A stretch of DNA of 32,000 nucleotides from an uncultured Clostridia bacterium (GTDB taxonomy: Bacteria; Bacillota; Clostridia; Christensenellales; Pumilibacteraceae). How positions within the stretch are numbered: position 1 is the stretch's first letter; each line of letters opens with the position of its first letter. The notes under the pieces are model-generated. The model saw nothing but the letters and a program-made list of their open reading frames with translations. It ran no database searches and was not told the DNA's origin. The position numbers and the translations under genes are program-made. The stretch spans positions 1 through 32,000 of the forward strand of contig CANQAE010000013.1 of assembly GCA_947589465.1 (NCBI GenBank), read 5' to 3'. Positions 23,721 through 31,551 of the stretch are shown one piece after another.

Positions 23721-23749
23721 TTGATTTATTTTTCCGTTTGACTTATAAT
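23721..23749 (+). promoter_or_regulatory. Sigma-A-type promoter of gltX and the downstream string
   Basis: TTGATT (23721-23726), 17 nt, TATAAT (23744-23749), 28 nt upstream of the ATG at 23778. Confidence 0.55.
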
Positions 23750-23777
23750 ATATTCACCGATGATAAAAGGAGAACTT

Positions 23778-25202
23778 ATGAACGAAGTCAGAACGAGATT
23801 TGCGCCTTCGCCCACGGGGTATTTGCATATAGGCGGCTTGCGCACGGCGCTTTACGCGTATTTGTTTGCGAAGAAGAACGGCGGCAAATTTATTTTACGT
23901 ATCGAGGACACCGACAGAGAACGCTATGTGCCCGGCTCTGTGGAGATCATCTATTCGACGTTGAAGGACGCGGGACTTATTTACGACGAGGGCCCCGACG
24001 TAGGCGGGGATTACGGTCCGTATATTCAGAGCGAACGCAAGAACGCCTACCTCGAATATGCCAAAAAGTTGGTCGAAAACGGTAACGCATATTACTGCTT
24101 CTGCACAAAGGAGCGCCTCGAACATTTGCACGAAAGCGGCGCGACGAAGTACGACAAGCATTGCGCGTCGCTCAGCAAGGAAGAAGTGGAAATGCGTCTT
24201 AAACGCGGAGATAGTTATGTTATTAGGCAGAACATTCCCGAAACGGGCAGTACCACTTACACGGATATGGTTTTCGGAGACATAACGGTAGAAAATAAGG
24301 AACTCGAAGACAATATTCTCATAAAGTCGGATGGAATGCCGACCTACAACTTCGCCAACGTCATAGACGACCACCTTATGGGGATAAATTATGTCATAAG
24401 AGGGGTCGAATATCTGTCGAGTACCCCGAAATACAATCTTTTGTACGACGGGCTGGGTTGGGAACGTCCGCATTACATCCATTTGCAACCCATAATGCGC
24501 GACGCCACGCACAAACTCAGCAAGCGTTACGGCGACGCGAGTTATGAGGATTTCATCAAGAAGGGATTTTTGAAAGAGGCGATAGTCAATTATATCGCAT
24601 TGCTCGGTTGGAGCAGCAAGGACAACGTCGAAAAATTCTCGCTAACCGAACTTGTGGACAAGTTCGATTTGTCGGGCATAAGCCATTCGCCGAGCATTTT
24701 CGACGAAAGGAAAATGACGTATATAAATTCGCTCTACGTAAAGGAAATGACGGGGGATGCTTTTCATAAATATGCTTGTCGCTTCTACGGCGATTATGAA
24801 TATCTGCGCGGATACAACCTCGAATTTCTCTCTACACTGTTACATTCGCGAGTGGAAGTTTTTACCGACATAGGCAAACTCACGCACTTCCTTTTGGAAT
24901 TCGACGGGTACGACTTGGATCTTATGAACAACGCGAAGTGGAAAACCGACCGCAATGTGGCGAAAGGAATGATGGACGGGCTAATCGAACTTACCGAAAA
25001 TGACTTCGACAATCTGCACGACGCGCTCGTGGCGTTCGGCGAAAAGAACGGCTACAAAAAAGGGCAGGTCCTTTGGGTGTATCGCATAGCGCTCACCGGA
25101 GCGCAATCCACTCCGGGCGGAGCGGTGGAAATGGCGGTTCTGCTCGGCAAAGACGAAAGTTTGAATAGACTTAAAATCACAAAACAAAGATTGTGCGAGT
25201 AA
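23778..25202 (+). CDS. gltX: Glutamyl-tRNA synthetase
   Basis: Track start 23760 replaced by ATG 23778, with AAGGAG at 23767-23772. Class I signatures RFAPSPTGYLHIGGLRTAL (HIGH) and KLSKRYG (KMSKS). Confidence 0.95.
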   Translation: MNEVRTRFAPSPTGYLHIGGLRTALYAYLFAKKNGGKFILRIEDTDRERYVPGSVEIIYSTLKDAGLIYDEGPDVGGDYGPYIQSERKNAYLEYAKKLVENGNAYYCFCTKERLEHLHESGATKYDKHCASLSKEEVEMRLKRGDSYVIRQNIPETGSTTYTDMVFGDITVENKELEDNILIKSDGMPTYNFANVIDDHLMGINYVIRGVEYLSSTPKYNLLYDGLGWERPHYIHLQPIMRDATHKLSKRYGDASYEDFIKKGFLKEAIVNYIALLGWSSKDNVEKFSLTELVDKFDLSGISHSPSIFDERKMTYINSLYVKEMTGDAFHKYACRFYGDYEYLRGYNLEFLSTLLHSRVEVFTDIGKLTHFLLEFDGYDLDLMNNAKWKTDRNVAKGMMDGLIELTENDFDNLHDALVAFGEKNGYKKGQVLWVYRIALTGAQSTPGGAVEMAVLLGKDESLNRLKITKQRLCE

Positions 25203-25240
25203 TTTTTTACGGAGCAATCGAAAGCGCGAGGGGGAGAACA

Positions 25241-25633
25241 ATGAAGTTCGATGATGTCAATCTAATCAAATGTACGGCGCTTGCCTATGTGGGCGATTCG
25301 GTGTTTTCGCTCTACGTCAGGAGCGAGTTGTGTCGCGATCTCACTCTCCCCAACAAGCAACTCATCACGAGGAGCGCGAGGATAGTCAGCGCGGTCGTTC
25401 AAGCGGCGATTTTCGACACCATATGCGGGCTTTTGGACGAAGAAGAACTTGCGCTTGCCAACAGGTGCAAGAATGCTCATCTCAACAATCGTGCCAAAGG
25501 AGCGACTATGCTCGAATACAAAAAGGCAACCGCGCTCGAAGGACTTTTGGGAGCGTTGTATCTTATAGACGACAGGGACAGACTGTCGGAATTACTGAAA
25601 ATTTGTTTCGAAACGGGAGCGCAATATGAGTAA
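25241..25633 (+). CDS. mrnC: Mini-ribonuclease 3 (Mini-III, 23S rRNA maturation)
   Basis: Track start 25193 overlaps gltX. ATG 25241 has a GAGGGGGAG SD. RNase III-like signature ALAYVGDSVFSLYVR and later ATALEGLLGALYL. About 130 aa, the usual size. Confidence 0.85.
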   Translation: MKFDDVNLIKCTALAYVGDSVFSLYVRSELCRDLTLPNKQLITRSARIVSAVVQAAIFDTICGLLDEEELALANRCKNAHLNNRAKGATMLEYKKATALEGLLGALYLIDDRDRLSELLKICFETGAQYE

Positions 25634-26456
25634 AGCGGACGAAATACTTGTACAAAATCTCGGCGATATAATACGCGACGGTTGTTGGGATATAGGTTAC
25701 GACGTGCGACCGCGCTGGGCGGACGGCACGCCTGCGCATACCGTCAAGAAATTTTGCATAGTCAACAGATACGATTTAAGCGAAGAATTTCCGGTGATAA
25801 CCGTTCGCAAGACCAACTTCCGCAACGCGATAGACGAATTGCTGTGGATATGGCAAAAAAAGAGCAACAACGTTCACGACCTCGGCAGTCACATATGGGA
25901 CGCGTGGGCGGACGAAAACGGAAGTATAGGCAAGGCGTACGGATACCAACTCGGCGTTAAGCACAAATACAAAGAGGGCGAATTCGATCAGGTGGACAGA
26001 GTGCTATATGACCTCAAACACAACAAGTTGTCGAGGCGCATTATGACCAACATTTACTGTCATGCCGATCTTCACGAGATGAACCTTTATCCGTGCGCGT
26101 ATTCGATGACGTTCAACGTGACGGGCGACAGGCTCAACGCCGTACTCAATCAGCGTTCGCAGGATATGGTTACGGCAAACAATTGGAACGTGGTGCAATA
26201 CGCCGTTCTCGTTCATATGCTTGCGCAGGTTAGCGGTTTGAAAGCAGGAGAACTCGTACACGTCATAGCAGACGCGCACATTTACGACAGGCATATACCC
26301 ATTGCCGAGAAACTTATGTCGGCTATGCAATATCCCGCGCCGCGCTTTAAGATGAACGAGGACATAAAAGATTTTTACGAATTTTCGGTGGACGATTTCG
26401 CGCTCGAAGATTATAAGTACACCCCGCTTGGGGAAAAAATAGAGGTGGCGGTATGA
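25626..26456 (+). CDS. thyA: Thymidylate synthase (Bacillus ThyA type)
   Basis: 276 aa. Motifs RPRWADGTPAHT, AIDELLWIWQKKSNNVHDL, catalytic Cys in LYPCAYSMTFNV, QRSQDM and C-terminal EVAV. The start overlaps the mrnC stop by 8 nt. Confidence 0.95.
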   Translation: MSKADEILVQNLGDIIRDGCWDIGYDVRPRWADGTPAHTVKKFCIVNRYDLSEEFPVITVRKTNFRNAIDELLWIWQKKSNNVHDLGSHIWDAWADENGSIGKAYGYQLGVKHKYKEGEFDQVDRVLYDLKHNKLSRRIMTNIYCHADLHEMNLYPCAYSMTFNVTGDRLNAVLNQRSQDMVTANNWNVVQYAVLVHMLAQVSGLKAGELVHVIADAHIYDRHIPIAEKLMSAMQYPAPRFKMNEDIKDFYEFSVDDFALEDYKYTPLGEKIEVAV

Positions 26457-26932
26457 ATTTGATCGTAGCGGTAAGCAGAGATTGGGGAATAGGCAAAGGC
26501 AACAAACTCCTCTTTTCTCTCAAAGAAGACATGAAGTTTTTCAAGACGATGACGACGGGCAAGACTGTGGTTATGGGCAAAAATACTTATTTGTCCCTTC
26601 CGCGTCGCCCGCTCCCAAACAGGGTCAACATAGTGCTTTCCTCGACAGATTTCGAGGGCGCGATATGCGTTCGTTCGCTCGAAGAACTGCTCGAAGAAGC
26701 AAAGAAGCATGACGACGTGTTCGTCATAGGCGGGGCGGGCGTTTACCGTCAACTTTTACCGTATTGCGAAACGGCATACGTGACGAAAGTCGATGCTACG
26801 GCTCCCGCAGACGCGTATTTCCCGAACCTCGACGAAATGCCCGAATGGGAATGCGTGAGTGAAACAGAGGCACAGGACGCGTACCCGCTTACGTTCTGCA
26901 CATACAAAAACAAAAAACCAACGGAGTTTTAA
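26453..26932 (+). CDS. folA: Dihydrofolate reductase
   Basis: 159 aa. MNLIVAVSRDWGIGKGNKLLFSLKEDMKFFKTMT, GKTVVMGKNTY and VFVIGGAGVY. ATGA overlap with thyA. Confidence 0.93.
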   Translation: MNLIVAVSRDWGIGKGNKLLFSLKEDMKFFKTMTTGKTVVMGKNTYLSLPRRPLPNRVNIVLSSTDFEGAICVRSLEELLEEAKKHDDVFVIGGAGVYRQLLPYCETAYVTKVDATAPADAYFPNLDEMPEWECVSETEAQDAYPLTFCTYKNKKPTEF

Positions 26933-26933
26933 G

Positions 26934-27662
26934 ATGAAGATAGAAGGAAGAAACGCTGTTGCCGAAGCGATAAAAGCGGGCAACACAATAGACAGACTTA
27001 TAGTCGAAAAAGGGCTCAAAGACGCGGGCGCTCAGCGAATAATAGACGACGCAAAGAGCCGCGGCATAAAGATATTTTTCAGAGAAAGGCAGGTACTGGA
27101 TCGCGAAAGCGTCACAAAACACCACCAAGGATTTATTGCCGAAATTACAGATTACAAGTACAGTGAACTCGAAGATATTCTCGCTTACGCCGAGCAAAAG
27201 GGCGAACCGCCGTTCCTGCTCATTTTGGACGGAGTGGAAGATCCGCATAATCTCGGTAGCATACTGAGAGTAGCCGAGTGCGCTGGCGTTCACGGAGTCA
27301 TTATACCGCGCCATCGCAGCGTTTCCGTCAACGAAACGGTAATAAAAGTCAGCGCGGGCGCGTCTGCGCACATAAGGGTGGCGAAGGTCACCAACATCAA
27401 TGACGCGATAGACGAATTGAAAAGTCGCGGCATATGGATATATTGCGCGGATATGGACGGCGAGTCGATCTATTCGACTGACCTTACGGGCGCGGCCGCG
27501 TTCGTGATAGGCGGCGAAGGCAAAGGGGTCGGAAAACGCACGCGCGCAAATTGCGACGCAGTCGTGTCGCTTCCCATGTTCGGGCAAATAAATTCGCTCA
27601 ACGCTTCGGTGGCGACCGCCGTCGTAGTATACGAAAAAATAAGGCAAACACTCAGCAAATAG
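26934..27662 (+). CDS. rlmB: SpoU/TrmH-family 23S rRNA 2'-O-methyltransferase, RlmB-like
   Basis: Track start 26859 overlaps folA. ATG 26934 lies 1 nt after the folA stop. N-terminal L30e-like substrate domain (EGRNAVAEAIKAG). SpoU motifs LDGVEDPHNLGSILRVAE, FVIGGEGKGV and SLNASVATAVVVYE. Confidence 0.85.
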   Translation: MKIEGRNAVAEAIKAGNTIDRLIVEKGLKDAGAQRIIDDAKSRGIKIFFRERQVLDRESVTKHHQGFIAEITDYKYSELEDILAYAEQKGEPPFLLILDGVEDPHNLGSILRVAECAGVHGVIIPRHRSVSVNETVIKVSAGASAHIRVAKVTNINDAIDELKSRGIWIYCADMDGESIYSTDLTGAAAFVIGGEGKGVGKRTRANCDAVVSLPMFGQINSLNASVATAVVVYEKIRQTLSK

Positions 27663-27671
27663 GAGGTTTTT

Positions 27672-28391
27672 ATGAGAAGAAGGATAATTGCGGGCAATTG
27701 GAAAATGAACATGACAAAGGAAGAAGCGAAACTGTTCGTCGCCGAATTTTTACCGCTTGTCGAAAGCGATTGCGAGATCGTCTTATGCGTGCCGTTTACC
27801 GACGTTCACAGAGTCTGGAAACTTACGCGCGGCTCGTCGGTAAAAGTTGGGGCGCAAAACGTCGCATGGGCGGATAAGGGCGCTTTCACGGGCGAAATAA
27901 GCGCCGAAATGCTTAAAGAAGTGGGCGCTGAGTACGTAATAATCGGTCACAGCGAAAGGCGCGCATACTTCGGCGAAACCGACGAAACAGTCAATATGCG
28001 TTTAAAACAGGCGCTTAAATACGGACTCAAACCGATCGTGTGCGTCGGCGAAACGCTCGATCAGCGCGAGGCTGGCAAGACGGAGGAAGTTCTTGCCGCT
28101 CAGATCGAAAAGGGACTCGATGGGGTTAGCGGCGACGTTATACTCGCATACGAACCGATATGGGCGATAGGAACGGGCAAAACGGCGACGCCCGAAACGG
28201 CGGACGAAACGATACGGTTCATTCGCGCCCGCGCCGAAAAGACGCTCGGCGAAACGAGCATTTTGTACGGCGGCAGCATGAACGCGGCAAACGCCCAAAG
28301 CCTTTTGGATATGCCGCAGATCGACGGCGGACTCATTGGCGGCGCAAGCCTTAAACCGAAGGATTTCGCGACGATAGTAAATTGTCGTTGA
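27672..28391 (+). CDS. tpiA: Triosephosphate isomerase
   Basis: 239 aa. AGNWKMN, IIGHSERR, AYEPIWAIGTGKTAT and GGASLKP. Confidence 0.95.
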   Translation: MRRRIIAGNWKMNMTKEEAKLFVAEFLPLVESDCEIVLCVPFTDVHRVWKLTRGSSVKVGAQNVAWADKGAFTGEISAEMLKEVGAEYVIIGHSERRAYFGETDETVNMRLKQALKYGLKPIVCVGETLDQREAGKTEEVLAAQIEKGLDGVSGDVILAYEPIWAIGTGKTATPETADETIRFIRARAEKTLGETSILYGGSMNAANAQSLLDMPQIDGGLIGGASLKPKDFATIVNCR

Positions 28392-28400
28392 GGAGCGTAT

Positions 28401-29900
28401 ATGAAAAAAACTTTTGCGCTTATCATATTGGATGGGTTCGGATATTCGAACGAAAAAGAGCATAACGCAATAGAAACGGAAGGGATACCCAACTTCAAAA
28501 AGTTGTGGAACGAATATCCGCATACGTTTATCGAAGCGTCGGGGCTCAGCGTCGGTTTGCCGCGCGGGCAAATGGGCAACAGCGAGGTGGGACATCTCAA
28601 TCTCGGCGCGGGCAGAGTGGTCTATCAGGATATAACGCGCATAGACAAGGCGATCGAAGAAGAAAGTTTTTTTGATAATGAGCAACTTTGCGCGGCGGCG
28701 GATCATGCAAAAAAGAACGGAGGCGCATTGCATATTGCGGGGTTACTCGGCAACGGCGGCGTACACAGTTCGATCAATCATTTGTTTGCCCTCCTCGAAC
28801 TTTGTAAACGCAGAGGAGTAAAGGAAGTTTGCATTCATTGCATAACCGACGGAAGGGACACTCCGCCCGACAGCGCGATAGGGTTTGTTGGCGATCTTCA
28901 ACGCAAGATGCGCGAACTCGGCGTCGGCAAGATAGTTTCGGTTACGGGCAGATTTTACTATATGGACCGCGACAACCGCTGGGACCGCGTCGAAAAGGCG
29001 TATAGGTGTGTTTTCGAGGGGCAGGGTAAGCGTTTTGCGACTGCGGAAGAAGCAATAAAAGTTTCTTACGGCGAGGGTGTGACCGACGAATTTATAGTCC
29101 CGTGTCTTATAGGCGACTACAAGGGAGTTAACGACGGCGACAGTTTTATATTCTATAATTTTCGCGCCGACCGCGCACGAGAAATGTCGTATGTACTCGT
29201 AAAAGACGACTTCGATAAATTCGACAGAATACAAAAGAAGTTGTTTTATGTCGGAATGACCGAGTATGACGCGTCGCTAGGTATGCGCGTGGCGTTTGCT
29301 CCAAAGAGCATAGATAACACGCTCGGCGAATATATTTCGAGTTTGGGACTCAACCAAACGCGCGTTGCCGAAACCGAAAAATACGCGCACGTCACATTCT
29401 TTTTTAACGGAGGCGTCGAAAAACCGAACAAGAACGAGGACAGGATCCTTGTTCCGAGTCCCAAAGTTGCGACGTATGATCTCAAACCCGAAATGAGCGC
29501 TTACGAAGTTACCGAGAAGGCGCTCGGCACGATAGGCAAGACGGATCTACTCATTATGAATTACGCCAACTGCGATATGGTAGGGCATACGGGCGTTATG
29601 GACGCCGCCGTAAAAGCGGTAAAGGCTGTGGACGAAAACTTCATTCGTGTTGTCGATGCAGCGCTTTCATCGGGCGGAAAAGTGATAGTGACCGCAGATC
29701 ACGGCAATGCCGAATGTATGTGGAAAGACGGCAAGCCGATGACCGCGCATACCACCAATCCCGTGCCGCTCGTTGTTGCGGGGAACGACGTGCCGCTTCG
29801 AAGCGGCGGAGCGCTTTGCGATGTTGCGCCCACTTTGCTCGAACTTATGGGCGTGCCAGTGCCACGCGAAATGGAAGGCAAATCGCTCCTCAAAAAATAA
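28401..29900 (+). CDS. gpmI: 2,3-bisphosphoglycerate-independent phosphoglycerate mutase
   Basis: 499 aa. LIILDGFGY, MGNSEVGHLNLGAGR, ITDGRDT and ADHGNAE. Confidence 0.95.
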   Translation: MKKTFALIILDGFGYSNEKEHNAIETEGIPNFKKLWNEYPHTFIEASGLSVGLPRGQMGNSEVGHLNLGAGRVVYQDITRIDKAIEEESFFDNEQLCAAADHAKKNGGALHIAGLLGNGGVHSSINHLFALLELCKRRGVKEVCIHCITDGRDTPPDSAIGFVGDLQRKMRELGVGKIVSVTGRFYYMDRDNRWDRVEKAYRCVFEGQGKRFATAEEAIKVSYGEGVTDEFIVPCLIGDYKGVNDGDSFIFYNFRADRAREMSYVLVKDDFDKFDRIQKKLFYVGMTEYDASLGMRVAFAPKSIDNTLGEYISSLGLNQTRVAETEKYAHVTFFFNGGVEKPNKNEDRILVPSPKVATYDLKPEMSAYEVTEKALGTIGKTDLLIMNYANCDMVGHTGVMDAAVKAVKAVDENFIRVVDAALSSGGKVIVTADHGNAECMWKDGKPMTAHTTNPVPLVVAGNDVPLRSGGALCDVAPTLLELMGVPVPREMEGKSLLKK

Positions 29901-29922
29901 AAAACGCACCGTAATGGGTGTG
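29892..29922 (-). terminator. Weak candidate terminator for the minus-strand yyaC-like gene
   Basis: In the minus-strand RNA: CACACC-cattac-GGTGCG (one C-A mismatch, 4 clean bp) followed by UUUUUUAUUUUUU. It abuts the gpmI stop codon. The stem is weak and the U-run is strong. Confidence 0.3.
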
Positions 29923-29930
29923 GAAAATGC

Positions 29931-30042
29931 GGGAAATTGCTTACGTCGCGGCAATGTGCGCGGCGAGATTGCGGCAATATGTAGCAATACAAAAGGGTGG
30001 CGGAGAACGGGAAAAAATTCGCTTATGTCGCGGCAAAATGCG
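29931..30042. repeat. Direct repeat pair of about 30-34 bp, 78 bp apart, with GCGGCAA cores and small palindromes between
   Basis: GGGAAATTGCTTACGTCGCGGCAATGTGCG (29931-29960) versus GGGAAAAAATTCGCTTATGTCGCGGCAAAATGCG (30009-30042). The palindrome ATTGCGGCAAT (29968-29978) lies between them. GCGGCAA occurs at about 29948, 29971 and 30030. Confidence 0.55.
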
Positions 30043-30048
30043 TCAAGG

Positions 30049-30522
30049 TCAAAAATCTTTGGATAAGACGCGATGAGAGCAGACGATCTGTTCGACGGCG
30101 TCGGCGACTTTGCGTGCCAGCGAGTACACGAAACCGAGCCTTACGCTTGCGAATCGCTTATCGCTCGGCGGGTAAGACGAAGTGACTGCCGTTACGCTGA
30201 TATCACCGACCATGGGTAATGATTTCGACGATGCGGCGCCCGGCAAAAGTCCGCCCGCCGAAACGCTTATATGCCCAAGATTGTCGCCGATGCACGAATC
30301 GACGGCGATCACGGTTGACGGGTGAGTGCGTTTAATGAATTCATAGTATTCGACAAGGTTGAGAGCAGTGATGGGATTTTCCAAAGTCCCGTACACGTAT
30401 GCGGGCAGATCGCGATCGATGAGCATCCTGCCGACGACGGGACCGAGGCAATCGCCGCCGACGAGATCGGTGCCTATACACATAATAACCGGTAAATCGT
30501 TCAAGTTTTCCATATTTTCCAT
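30049..30522 (-). CDS. yyaC: YyaC-like sporulation protein (GPR/HybD-like endopeptidase fold)
   Basis: PVIMCIGTDLVGGDCLGPVVGRML, VYGTLENPITALNL, VIAVDSCIG and LPGAASSKSLPMVGDISVTAV line up with the B. subtilis YyaC motifs as I recall them. The start is uncertain. I chose ATG 30522 (MENMENL...). ATG 30513 or 30591 are alternatives, and none has a good SD. Confidence 0.75.
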   Translation of the reverse strand: MENMENLNDLPVIMCIGTDLVGGDCLGPVVGRMLIDRDLPAYVYGTLENPITALNLVEYYEFIKRTHPSTVIAVDSCIGDNLGHISVSAGGLLPGAASSKSLPMVGDISVTAVTSSYPPSDKRFASVRLGFVYSLARKVADAVEQIVCSHRVLSKDF

Positions 30523-30577
30523 AAGAACAATTATGGACAGGCGAAAAAAGATTAATACTAACAGAGAGGTAAATTTT

Positions 30578-31387
30578 ATGATACTCGACATTATATTCTT
30601 CGTTTTGATAATCGCTATGGCGGCGCTTGGATTTATTTTCGGTTTTTTCAAAAGTTTGATCTCATTTTTGGGTTGGACGATAAGTTTGCTTATATCCTAT
30701 TTGCTCGCAAAAGCGATTGCCAACGCGTTTTTGTCGATCGGGACGGCGCAGTGGCTCGTCGGTGACGGCTCGATATTCGATATGGTGTACGGGATAATCC
30801 CCGAAGGACTCAAAAAAATATCGCTCGATGCGATAAGACAGGCGGTCGAAAGCGGCGCGGATCTAAATGGCATAAAAGAGTCTATTCGCGCTCAATCGGA
30901 GGGATTGCTGTTCTTCTTGACGCCGCTCATTCAGGAAGCGGTGTGCAAGGAAATGTATCTTGGCAGCGCGCTTTCTAATGTGGGACAAGTGCTCGCGCTC
31001 GAACTTACGTATCAACTGTTCGTTATTATGGTCGGCGTGATTTTGTTCATCGTGTTGCGCGTGATCGTCATGGGGTTATCGCTCATATTCAAGTTCAAAC
31101 TAAAAGACAGGTCGCTCAAAATGTGGGAACGCCTCGCGGGAATCGGGCTCGGAGTTGTGCGCGGATTTGCATATGCGTGCATTTTGCTTATGGTCGTCAG
31201 TTATATCGCGGGTATGTCGCAGCCCGTTAAGGATCAGTTGGACGCTTCGGCTGTCGGAAAACCGGTAACGGCATGGGTGTCGGAATCAACCGGTAAAATG
31301 CTCAGCGGCGACCTCGAATCAAACGATTCGTACAAGTTGATGATCACCGCTCTCGGCGAACGTGTACAGAAAGAAAAAACAGAGTAG
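30578..31387 (+). CDS. cvpA: CvpA-family integral membrane protein
   Basis: Track start 30359 replaced by ATG 30578, with AGAGAGG at 30562-30568. The N-terminal TM pair ILDIIFFVLIIAMAALGFIFGFFKSLISFLGWTISLLISYLLA and the later LAGIGLGVVRGFAYACILLMVV match the CvpA pattern (RG after the third helix). 269 aa with a long insertion. Confidence 0.7.
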   Translation: MILDIIFFVLIIAMAALGFIFGFFKSLISFLGWTISLLISYLLAKAIANAFLSIGTAQWLVGDGSIFDMVYGIIPEGLKKISLDAIRQAVESGADLNGIKESIRAQSEGLLFFLTPLIQEAVCKEMYLGSALSNVGQVLALELTYQLFVIMVGVILFIVLRVIVMGLSLIFKFKLKDRSLKMWERLAGIGLGVVRGFAYACILLMVVSYIAGMSQPVKDQLDASAVGKPVTAWVSESTGKMLSGDLESNDSYKLMITALGERVQKEKTE

Positions 31388-31500
31388 GATATGCTTTTTT
31401 GAAAAAAGCAACCTTATATTCTCGGCTGTCCATTTGGTAAGGGTAGGACAAGACAAAAGGTATTAATAAGTAATTTTTATAGAAATATCCAACAAAACAA

Positions 31501-31533
31501 TATGGCGCGGCGAATAAAAATCGCCGCGCCATA
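31501..31533. terminator. Bidirectional terminator between cvpA-like and DnaC-like genes
   Basis: 13-bp GC-rich stem TATGGCGCGGCGA / TCGCCGCGCCATA with a 7-nt loop. T-rich tracts follow on both strands (ATTGTTTTGTTGG on minus, TATTTATTTTT on plus). Confidence 0.75.
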
Positions 31534-31551
31534 AGTATATTTATTTTTACT

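Noticed and set aside
23579-23777. T-box or other leader RNA upstream of gltX, and the 152-aa ORF 23627-24085.
   Set aside because: The best promoter leaves only about 28 nt of leader, far too short for a T-box. The ORF overlaps gltX out of frame and is Arg-rich nonsense.
31392-31410. A/T palindrome TGCTTTTTTGAAAAAAGCA just after the cvpA-like stop, considered as a terminator.
   Set aside because: The stem would be almost entirely A-U, and no U-run follows. The GC-rich hairpin at 31501-31533 is the credible terminator.
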